Source of the DNA: Marsupella aquatica
Taxonomy: Eukaryota > Plantae > Marchantiophyta
DNA: 64,000 nucleotides
Assembly: GCA_973895155.1 (NCBI GenBank)
Contig: OZ316895.1
Span: forward strand, 22,642,558-22,706,557
Direction of reading: 5' to 3'
Positions within the stretch are counted from its first letter, which is position 1. The number at the start of each line of letters is the position of its first letter. Below the pieces are notes generated by a model. The model was given only the letters and a program-made list of their open reading frames with translations. It was not told the DNA's origin and searched no databases. Positions 29,061-40,324 of this stretch are shown here, one piece after another. The position numbers and the translations under genes were made by a program.

Positions 29061-31074
29061 CGGCAGTTGGCAATTGGAAAATCGGCATGCTCGAAACCCG
29101 AAACTGGTGCACTGGGATTTGGGGAGTCAAAGGTGGCCACGGCTACAACAAACGAGATATTTATTCCAACCAGCCCAGCGAGGGACAAGATACCTTTTTC
29201 AGAGCGGAGGGAGGTGTCAAATTTGTCATAGTGCTCAAGTGCTCCTAATGGACCTTCCGTGAGGTTTTGTGGTTCTGTCGTCCTTAGGTGCATTTCCGTT
29301 GGGATAGCATCATTACGGCAGCCACTCGTGGCATGACTATTGCCCTCCTTTTGGAAACCTCCTCACCAATATTAGCAGTGCAAGTAAAGCACCACAAGGC
29401 GACTCACATGCTTCTCATCGACTTCATCGAATCACTCACATTTGGAAAGCATCAGCTACTTTAGGGAAGTACTCACATTGGGAAAGAATCAGTGACTTCA
29501 TCTAAGCGCTCACATTTGCAATGAATGCAACAAGACTCTTTTTACACTCCAATAGCTACATCCAGTAACTACTGTTTTTCAATCTGCAAGTGGATGCATT
29601 TACTGATGATGATGCTTTAGTCTCAAGAAAACAATAGAGGCTACATTGGGATCATCAGATTAATTTGCTTCAAGTTCAAGGTTGCTTTTACAAAGCAAGA
29701 GGGCAGCATTTCAGTTTATTTGCCTGGTGATCCTTGGAGTTCACCTTGTGATTTTTTCTACTACACATGCAACGGCCCTATTAACCCACCACTTGAAAAG
29801 GACTTAAGTGGAAGTAAAAAAGGAAGTACCAATCATATATGGACATACAGCCGATGACACATCATGTGATGACATGTGACATTTTTGGAATTGTTATCCC
29901 CTTACTTTGTTCTAAGATGACTAGCCTTGACTACTGGTTCCTTGAACGGAAAGAGATGAGGACGAAAAGGTAACTTGCACAAAAAACTATTCCTAACTGT
30001 TTGGTTCATCATTTACTCTGTGTTTTGTGAGTTAGAGTAGTCACAGTCTAGAGGGTTTGTTGAGCAAAGACGATATTCGTAACGGCAAGTCCATGAATCA
30101 TCCAACGCATAATAGTCGACACAGAGAAATACATGGTTCACCTCCACATGAGACTACGTCCACAGGAACACACAATAGCTTTACTGCACTCTAGGCCGAA
30201 TGACCATACTAAGCATCTACAACACAAACTCTCTCTATCTCTCAACCAGCTCCGTAACAATGAGCCTAAGTTTCACCAGGGTCTAGCATCAACTCTGGCT
30301 TAATACACAACAACATTGTCGCTAACATTAACTAAGTCCTAACCCGAGTTAGCCTAACTGTAATTAGCTCATGAGTCACAAGACTAAAACAATATTTAAC
30401 AGACTTCACTCTAGACCCCCTAGGCCTTTAGAGTAGCTTTGGTTCACTAATTATTAGTAAGATGTTTGAAGTTTTGGTAATACCCCCAATTTCCACCACC
30501 TTAAGCCACCATCAACTGGGGGGTTTAGGGGTTTGCAGGGTTTAGGGGTTTGCAGCCATCAAACCCTTTGAGATGTAAGGAGAATGATGGTCTCGGCACA
30601 AGGTAACTAGGCTGTAACGCTATGAATGAATAGAAAGTGTAGAAAACGCTAACCCCTATGGATAGAAAGTGAAGAAAAGGCTAACTGGCGGTGCAGTTTT
30701 GTTTTTCTGCATTCTGGGAACAGGATTCAGATTAGAACCCCACCCCGGACCGTCCTTATAGTGCATAAGTATGGTTCTAAAAAAAGTTAACATCATGACT
30801 TTCCGAGAGATTATGTAAATAGCAACCACCTCCAAAAATGGTTACACACCGGAGCGTCGGAGCGACCTCGGAAATGGTTACCCACAGATCACGTTACTCC
30901 CTTGCCGAATTTACGCCGTTACCCATCACCGCACCTTAAGGTGTCCGTGGATGTCAGTAACTGATCGAACCGAACGGTTGAACATCTACAGTAGAAGCGG
31001 GTCTAGAAGCCCTCCTGAGCGCTTTTTCAGGAGGCACAGAGCAAGATATACAGACTGTCCACGCTGAAATCGAC

Positions 31075-31703
31075 GAAGACAATCACAAATGATTGATGAT
31101 TCTCATCGATCAGAAGCTCAGCTCATCAGCTACGTCCTGACCAGACAGGACCGGACCAGGATGACAAGGAACTACAGTATGTACCTGTAGATCGAGAATG
31201 AGATCACTCAGGGTGATGGAGTCATGGAGCTAGTAGAGCACGCACAGGAAATCACCAGACTACCCAGCACCTATTCTCATCATAGCCTCGATCAGCTCAG
31301 CACAGCACAGCACAGCGCGTGCAGCTCAATTTATCACGTTCTGATGGGACAGCGGCACCGGACCTGGATCGAAGAACGAGTGACCCAATAATACTATGAA
31401 ATCAGCAGTAGCCAGCAATGAAGACATGACTGGTCTGATGATCGAGATTCTCAGATCGATCAATTCATCACGTCGTGACGAGACAGGGACCGGACGTAGA
31501 GGAAAGAACGATGAAAGAATGGGATGAAGGTCATCATGTCAAATTATTTGCCACTTGAAGACATTATTTTTTTATCCTCAAAGAGTACCTCCGTTCAGCT
31601 CGATCAGCTCAGCTCAGCTCAGCTCAGCGCAATTCATCACGTTCTAACGGGACAGGACCGGACCCAGATGAAAGAATGAAATCAAGGTCATGTCAAATCG
31701 GCC
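31075..31703. repeat. Degenerate array of four motif copies separated by more variable sequence
   Basis: Core cgatcag(ctcag)n...caattcatcacgttctgacgggacaggaccggac at ~31101, 31286, 31450, 31596. Confidence 0.7.
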
Positions 31704-31882
31704 AAACGGAAGGAATTTGTACTACTGTCTAATGTAAATGGAGGCTCTCACTTTTTCTCGACAAACGGAACTACTCTCAGCCCAACATCCAGAGCTGCCC
31801 CTATCGTAGTGCCATCCAATTTACATTAACTACTAGCCTAATTTCCCCCTTTCGTTCTTTGAACTAAATTATAGAGGTGAGT

Positions 31883-32220
31883 ACATTCAAGCTCTATAGA
31901 CTCAACTTGTCCCAATTTTCATTTGCCATGTGCACTCTCAACTTCAGTTACTGCCCAGAGTCGCCCAGAGTCATGATCTGAGGTTCCACTTGAGGTTCCA
32001 CTTGCACCCTTAACATTCAAGCCCTGTAGACTCAACCGGGAACTCAACTTGTCCCAATTTTCATCTTCCATGTGCACTCTCAACTTCAGTTATGGCCCAG
32101 AGTCATGGCCTGAGGTTCCACTTGCACCCTCAACTTCAGTTGTGTCCTGGAAATTCATGGTCCCAGGTTCCACTTACTAGCATCCTCAACGCATCCTCAA
32201 CTTTAGTTATGTCCCAGAGG
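31883..32220. repeat. Nested tandem repeats (~130-bp and ~45-bp periods)
   Basis: actcaacttgtcccaattttcat..ccatgtgcactctcaacttcagtta x2; aggttccactt x4; ctcaacttcagtt x3-4. Confidence 0.75.
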
Positions 32221-35200
32221 TACTAGGCCATTGTCCTTGAAAAGTGGCTTTTGATTGTGATATATATTTAGAGATTTTTCGATCAATTCAAGAAACTAGA
32301 GTATATTTTATTAAGTTATATACCCCCAGAATTACAAAACCTGTTTAAGTTGTTCCATAGCTAGATATACTAGTAAGATGTCCCCAAGCATTAATCTTAG
32401 CTGTATATTCCAACTATTCGAGTCACTTATGGCCATCCCATTGCTTTCAAGGGGGCAATTCGGTAATTAATTTGGAGTAATGTTGTTGGATTTTGAGGGC
32501 GAGATAGTCAAAAATGGTTCAAGAAATCACTCAAGGCCAGAGTATTAATCTCTAGACCTCATTTTTTATTTTAAAAACAACTAATACACCAAGTCAGTGT
32601 TTACACCTGGATACTATATTCTTAGAATTGCATGCCGAAGTTATTTTCAGGTTTCACAAGGACCCCAGAATATGTGGTTAGTGGGGTCTCAAATTAATTT
32701 TAATAGATATTTGTTTATGACGCAAACAGAGATTGTACAAGAGGGACCCCCCAGCCATCATTTGAGGGCAATCACCTCCCTAGGTGAATAGTAAACCTAC
32801 TGTGCATGCTCTCCCACTCATATTTCCATCATAGATTAGAAATTTTGGTGAATTCTTGAAAAAATATGAATTGTTCGATGGACACGTACAAAATGAAATT
32901 CCATATGGAATTATTAAGAAGAAGAAAATACTTGTCAAAAAATTCACCATCATGGAATTGCAATCTTCTGAATGGAAGATTATGGATTATTTCTTTGAAA
33001 TATATGAAATGTCTCATTCATGATGGTGAATTTTTGACAAGTAATTATGGGAAACTCATTTATTGCTGCCTATTGGGTCCTGCCATGATGCCTATTTTAC
33101 ATAGAAGGTGGGGACATGGTTCTGTCTTCACATTCCCCAGTGCTACCTATAGTTGTGGAATCCGCATGACTGCAATTTTGTCAAAATTAGTCATCCCAGC
33201 ATGTGTAGACCAGCGTTTTGTTACTGCAATTGAATGAGATCAAGATCGAGGTTTATAAATCCATCAGCTATTGCGCAAACCCTCATTCCAAAGTAGGGTC
33301 CACAAAATCCCTTTGCACACCTCCAACTCTCTTATCATCTAATTGGAAATGGACAAGCCTCACCATCAAGGAGTGGAGCCAAAGCTATGGTAATGAATGA
33401 GTTTTTGCAGCACCTAAATGAGACCCAAGGGATGAGTCCCCAGTCCCCACACCTTTGACCTGAATCCAAGTGGGGGATCATGATGAGTGTGGATGGGACT
33501 ATCTGGTAGCCAAATAATAGCTTTATTATTAAGGTCCAAATGCAATAAATGCACATCCACTAATTGCTATGGGGCCACTTCTTGTTCCAAAGGGACTCCA
33601 GACCACAAGTCTTTAGACCACCACTGACCCCCAAGCTGTGATAGGACAAAATAGACACTTTTTGCTCATTTTTTATACTTTGAAGCACATTGCTGACTAA
33701 AGATGTTGAACTCGACCCACTTTTCGCTTCAGGAACACTGATGGTTTAAAATGAAAAGCGAATTAATAAAATAATGTCAATGAAGGAGCCAAAGTTTGGA
33801 AAGCGTCTAGTCAAAAGAAACACTCCACATCAGCATTTACTTTGGCCCATTGCTTGTCATGTAGGATAGGTAAAATACCCCCAATGCTGTCATGTAGAAT
33901 AGGTAGAATACCACACACACCTGCCCCTATAAAAGCCCCCTTCCATGCTTCACCACGCATCATAACAGGTGGAGCACTCAGCACCATTTGCGTAACACTT
34001 GCCAATAAAAGGTTTTGCACTCATCACCTTTTGTGTAACTCAATGCCCATTCCTGAACTCTTTTTCTTTCCTTTCATTGTACTTTGTTTTTCCCTTATAC
34101 TTTAGAATAAGGTTGTTCCAAGTTAATTCCTGAACCTGTGGCCTTTACAATGAGAGCTACTAATGGGTTTAAGTTTACCCGTAGCTCTTTTATGGGTGCA
34201 CTTGTGGTTTAATTTTCAGTCACTAAAGTTTTCCATAAAGTCCAAAAGTAGGGGGAAAACTGGCTGTAGGATGTCACAATGGTCATGTATGACCACTACA
34301 GGACACTATCAACAGTAAATAGTGTGAGTATACAATTAATGTGACACCAACTAAATTGTGTGAACATTTTTTTCTAACCCAAATCACAGTAAGTATGTTA
34401 AGTCACACACTTTACTTTGTATTGAGAGTCCGCTTGAGTCTCACTTTCATGTCTCAATTCTCAGTGTGCACTATTCAATGCAAAGACCTCAATTAGTGAG
34501 ACCAAAAGATGAAAGTAGAGTGACACCTGAAATAATGTGAGTCACATTATTTTATGGGAGATATTAAATGTGAAGGGTTACTCAATTAGTGTGACTAGCA
34601 CTAATTGCGGTAGACAGTAGTATACCACCTCTTATGCAATTCTCGCAAAGCCTCAAATCGAGGCTTCTCTGTATTTTGTGACTGTCGTATAGTGCCAAGT
34701 ATCAAAAGTGACTCTTCTCACTTAAAACCAAAGTTTCGATCCCTTTAAGAACAGATTTTAGAATGAATTGTATAACTTTTATCACTCGGAGTGATTTAGA
34801 GCGCTGAGCTCTAAGCTGACTCCACTTTTCAACGGAAAATCAAATAAACATACCAAGAAGTAACTGAACTTCTGGTTTATGAATCAAAGAAGAAATGAGT
34901 AAAAATTTAGAGACAACACGCTGCTACTGCCACTCCTTCAGAAAGGATTTGGGGTCAGTATAGACATGAAATCTGTCCCATAATTCATCAATCTCACACT
35001 TCAAAACACCAAGTTGAATGATAATGGAATTCTCAATCTGATAAACTATAAGCTTTCTGGTTGCAAATGAATGATATGGTTTAAAATGCCGTCAACATGG
35101 TTTGACGTCAGCGATACGCAATTCAGTCAAACTCTAAACCATATTCCAGAATCAAAGCAACGGTACTAACTACTCTGAGAATCAGAATTTACTTCTCATT

Positions 35201-35638
35201 TATCAACAACTACTCTTGAATTGGCTAGCGAATCTTGACTCCACAAGTAAGCCTAGCGGTGAATTCAATTAAAGTATCAGAAGTCTGCAACTGAATTCAA
35301 TCACCATAGGAATCTCTTGAATTCAATCTCAACTTCAATCAATACAGCTTTACTTCCATACAAAACACTCACAGCATGCCTTGTTACAATGGAAGGAGGA
35401 GAAAACTATTCAGAAGACTCAATCCTGAATAGAGTATTAAGTCTATTTCTCTCTCTTCAAATGAGTATTCTTCTCTATCTTATAAGTGCTGGAATCCAAA
35501 AATGGAGAAGGTGAGAACAGTCGTGCCTTTCCAAGTTTAAAACTAAATAAGGGAGAAGTACAGCATAAGTACTTCTAAGGTGATAAAATACTACTCTACT
35601 AGTAATCTACTTCAAAAACTAAGTCTAAGTGTCGAGCG

Positions 35639-35752
35639 GACGCTGCTAGAAGCGTCGTGAGTAGAAGTGGACGCTGCTAAAAGCGTCTTAAGTAAAACCA
35701 AGGGACGCTGCTAGAAGCGTCGAGTGTGGAGGCTGACGCTGCTCACAGCGTC
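35639..35752. repeat. Four 18-bp palindromic repeats (GACGCT-N6-AGCGTC) with 13-16-bp spacers
   Basis: Copies at 35639, 35670, 35704, 35735; consensus gacgctgctagaagcgtc. Confidence 0.85.
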
Positions 35753-36340
35753 GATCGAAATCCTCATAGAGTCTTGGTGACGGTGGGGCAAAGGAATCAT
35801 CAGGAAGCTGGAGACGTCAAATATTTCAATAAGTGTCCAGAACAAGTAAATGTTGGTCAGGAGGCGTCTAAATGCAAGTAAATCTTGGGATATGCTAATA
35901 ATAAACAAGTTTCCAGAAAAAATTGTAGGTACTCCCGTACCACAGTGACCCTTTTGCCTTACACTCTCCAGTGTGCTAGATCTTCCCTGATGATAATCTA
36001 GCCGTTGATATGACCGTCTTTACAGGAAAAAATAAATAAATAGAGTTAGGGCTGTGTTTTTGACATGATTCTTCCAACATGAAGTTCCGTGGGAGCCAAT
36101 TGTAGATCCTGCTTTTTGTGTGCATACACTTTATGGACAGCAAATTTTAGGCCTTAGAGAAATTTGGCCATCCTTTTGTGAACAATCATAGTTACATACA
36201 GCCTGACTGCTCATTCTTGGAATATGAATAATTAGACCTGATGGCAAAAATTATCGTACATGCTCATATATCTTTTTGGAGATAGGAAGTATCTCATCCT
36301 TTTTTCCATGGACATCAATTGGTGGGGCCCTAGGGGGTAA

Positions 36341-37296
36341 GAGCATCTCCTAAGCTAACCGGGTTTTCCGTCGGGTTCCCTCAGTCTTTGTATACATTAC
36401 ATACCCCGTAGTCTTTCACTCAAACTTTAGTATACGGGGTGTATGGGCTGAGTGATGCCGAAGTCCAATTTGGGGTCCAATTCCAATGGGTACGGGATAT
36501 TTTAGAGACGGGGTTTTCAAAGGACAAGTGTTTGACTGCAAAGAAGAGACATGGCCTGTCAAAAGGGTCTTGCTCCATTTTCTCATGGCAATGCCGTCTT
36601 GCTCGGACATCCTCATCCCTTATGTGGACATTGCTTTGTTGACCAAAGCTTTCAATCATGCACAACAACTCTATTTCAGAAAGGATTTATGAATGTGCAT
36701 AGCTTAGTTGGCCTTCATCAGTAAGTGATTTCTGTCACATAGATATGTAGGGCTCAAACAATGGGCGTTTGCAGCACAAATCTCTCCACCAAAAACTGAT
36801 GCCAATTGTACTCAATTTTGGCAACGGGAGCCATGGTGGGACTTAAAAATATCATAGCAAACGATTGAAAAAATCATGACCAGAAATTTCAGGACGATTG
36901 AGAGTGCACAGCTCCAGAAGAGCATTGATTAATATGGCAAGATTCAACTACTGGGCACTATATATATTGAACTTGATATTGAAGAGCTTCCTTCTGTTTG
37001 AACTTGCAGCGGGAAACAGTCTGCATGGCCTCCTTTCTGCATGGACTACCAAAGTTTGTCCACTGTATGATCTACATCTGATCAAATCCAGTAAGGAACC
37101 CTGTGGATGGGTCAAAGCAGAATATGGCCTACGGTATGGCCTCCCCGATCCCATTCCTGCAAGAAAAAACCCCATGAGCAAAATATGCAAATAGCCTTCC
37201 CATTCTCCCGTTGGAGGTGCCTTTTTAACACTCCTTTACGGGGTTAAGTAAAAAATCTTGTTCCCGGGTGCCAATAGTGCAGTGTAGGAGATGCTC
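36341..37296. mobile_element. Non-autonomous PIF/Harbinger (Tourist-like) element, 956 bp
   Basis: Perfect 12-bp TIRs gagcatctccta / taggagatgctc flanked by TAA on both sides (36338-40, 37297-99); no intact transposase ORF. Confidence 0.8.
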
Positions 37297-37860
37297 TAAG
37301 GTCTAGAGTCTGTTTTTATTCACTCTAAAACCTAGACCCCAACTCTAGGTTCTGTATTATTATAAGTTGCGATTTAATCCCAGAGTGAATAAAAATAACA
37401 ATGAACCAGACCCTCGATCATACCAAAACAAATTCTTGAAAAATGTAACTCCATACTACATTAGCCAAGATTTTTGTTTGGATTATAGCTAGTTTCTCAC
37501 CTAGCTACAGATCCCACTAGCCAGAATCCAATGGTTAAGGGAGATCTAACAGTCAATATTAATCTAAGAAAATTAGATGAGGAGTAGTATCCGCATCTTC
37601 TCCTCCTCCTTCACACAATGTGACATCCGTCACTTGGCAAAATGAGAGAACCTAACCAACTGGCTTTGGTCAGTTGGCCAGAGGATGAGCCTAAAACCGA
37701 GAGGTCCCAAATTCAATCCTCCCTCCACAGGCAAGGGGTGTGGAGGGTATGTGTGTGTGGGGTGTAGTGGTGGGAGTATTGATATCCCCTCAGCCCTTGG
37801 CTGGCCGCTTTGGGGTTCTATTTCAATCCTCTCTCCCTCCTGGTCTGGGTCCTGTTGGAT

Positions 37861-38002
37861 CCCTAGGGATCCTCCCCTTGTGGCTGCCCCTACATTGAAA
37901 TGCATCCCTGGGTATCCTCCCCTTGTGGCTGCCCTACATTGAAATGCATGATCCAAAGGAGTAAGTCTATCCCCTTCTAGCTGCCCTACATTGAAATGCA
38001 TG
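37861..38002. repeat. Tandem repeat, ~45-bp unit x3
   Basis: tccccttgtggctgccctacattgaaatgcat repeated three times. Confidence 0.8.
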
Positions 38003-40324
38003 TTCCAAAGCATGGAACACGACGTCTATGCTCTGTTGGATGGGCCTTCTTTCGGTTTTCAAGGAAAAAAAACGAGAGAACCTTGAAAAATTAACCTGCT
38101 TGTAAAGCTACTCCTTCGATGATTGTGTGATTCTGTCCCGATCACTGATGATCTAAGATTCCGTGCTCTAAGATCACTGATGTCTTGCGCTTGGGCTGTT
38201 CAGTGTTCATCTGTCGAGAAATGCTTTTCGTCAAGGCGCAAGAAGACGAATGTCTTCATCGATGGTAAAAGCTTCCCGCACGGCAGAAAAAAAAGCGACA
38301 TGCTGATGTTCCCTGAGTCCTCACTTTATCACACATTCACATGCGAATGAACTTTACCGTTGTGGGTAAAGCACGGGCCCTCAATTTCAGCCTCTCAATT
38401 TCAGCCTCTCAATTTCAGCCTTTGATTTTGAGTTTGACTGACTTGGATTGGTCCAGTCCACCGGATTAGAATGATGGTGAACCCACTGCGGGATAAATGT
38501 TTTTCTTCTCAACAATGGAGCGTTCTGTTCGAAGCTTTAATTAAGCCTCCGGCATCTCCGCCGCAAGAAGAAATTTCTGTCTGTTGTAGTTGTATGCTTT
38601 ATGAATGCAAAAGCGTTCGAAGCCTACTCAGATCTGTCGCATGATGTCACTCTCTGCGAGATCGGTCATGGATGGAACGAATTGGTCTCCGGAGCTATCT
38701 TTTTGGGGGGCTTGACAAGAACTTGGGGTTACAAATCGTCACTGTTCACCCATTTGTAAACGTGAGGTACTGAGGTCCATTACTAAAGTTAAAATGCTTG
38801 CGCCGAAGTGTAAGGTCTGGAGAAAATAAATGCCAGATCCTGAGGGAATGGACCAAATGGTCCATTCAAGAGGTGATCCATATTTTTGAATGAAAAAAAA
38901 GCATGGCCACATCAGCACAAAAGGGATCAGAAGGGGTGACTAGGATTGGAAATGGTTTTGCGAGATTGTGCCCACAAGTTCATGTAACGTGCAGTCTGGC
39001 CTGGGCTTCGCCAGATGTACCCCAAGTTCATGGACAGTGTGGAGTCTGCCGTCTTCCCACAGTTGCATGGCTATGATTGCAATAGAAAAAGCGAAAGATC
39101 TACTGTAGCTCCCTTTGGAAAGAATGTCACTTCGCATGCCGAATTACCCTCCGGACGTTTACTGTAGAGACTATCGGCACCGCCCCTTTCTTCGAAAAAA
39201 AGGCAAAGCGCCCTCCCTCTCCCTCTCCTTCCCACCCCCGTTCTGTCATGGACACAAGCTAAGATACCCAAATCTACAGTCTCCGTGTCTAGGGTAAGGA
39301 TTTGTGTGTAGACCAAAGTCCTTGTGGTGACAGGATTTCTCCAAAATGAGAGAGGAGCAAACTTGAAGACGAAGAAGAAGAATAAGCAAGAAGTGGGGTT
39401 ATCGGCCACATTGCTGGTCTCGTCTTAAAACTTAACAGGACTGTACGTAAGTGGTACCAAAGAGGCGATGGCACGGTGGTATTGTAAAAGTGCACCTGAA
39501 TTGAGTTACACGACTCTTTGAGTGAGGAGGATAAAGGATTATGTCTGTGCACGGGAGAAGGTTGATTGGAGGAGCCAGATTGATTCATCAGCGAACAACA
39601 CAGGTAGATGTTTGGCTATGTGGACAGGGGAAGTGGGTGTTTATGGCAATTTTTGGCATGATGGCTGATTTGGTTTGTTTTGGTCTGGGACAGAATTTGT
39701 GATGAAAGCTGTGGAAAGCTGGAGTTACTTTTACAGTGGGAGGAGACAACAAACAGAATAGCGTTGTGGAATGGACAGGAGTGAATAATTCCGAGCACAC
39801 GTTGGCATTTTGATAACGGAGGATAAGTAATACTTAAGAAGTAGGTTGTAAAGGTTTGCGGAGGTTGTTGCTCAAGAGAAAGGGAGAAAGGAGAAGAGAA
39901 AGATAGAGACACCTGTTGAGAACGGACCAAATCGTGTGATCTGAGGCAGGCAGGAAGGCAGGGAGACAGGGGGTTGAGGCATCTGCCAGAGTGTTCTAAG
40001 GGAAAGCGGATGCCTGTGTTGTGAACAATGAAATTATTTGCCAGGGATCATTGTAAGAAAATCCGCACAGAAAGCAGCTTTCTGGAATGGTGCAGGAATG
40101 GCCATGGGGACGATTCTTTGATGGATTCTGGGAAGTCGAGAAGACCGGTGTCCTGAGTTTGTTTACGCGTCATCACTCCTCCTTGCACATGGCAACTGGA
40201 ATAACAATACTGGGTCGGCAAATGGAGGCCAACTAACGATGTGCTTTTCATTTGGCGATTTTCGTTTGATAGTGCCCGGAAGTTGGCACCTCCTCACTGA
40301 CGAGCAGAGATCTTCGGCTGGCCA

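Noticed and set aside
28616-29293. 225-aa Cys/Pro-rich minus-strand ORF
   Set aside because: It is a translation of the ~62-bp minisatellite; the unit length is not a multiple of 3 and no domain is recognisable.
30520-30556. Telomere-like tttaggg repeats (also ~9003, ~46230)
   Set aside because: Only two or three degenerate units; not an interstitial telomeric array.
34294-34622. Possible CACTA-like MITE with gtga-rich internal repeats
   Set aside because: Terminal inverted similarity is weak and no TSD is evident.
35639-35752. CRISPR array interpretation of the palindromic repeats
   Set aside because: Repeats (18 bp) and spacers (13-16 bp) are too short, spacers resemble each other, there are no cas genes, and the context is eukaryotic.
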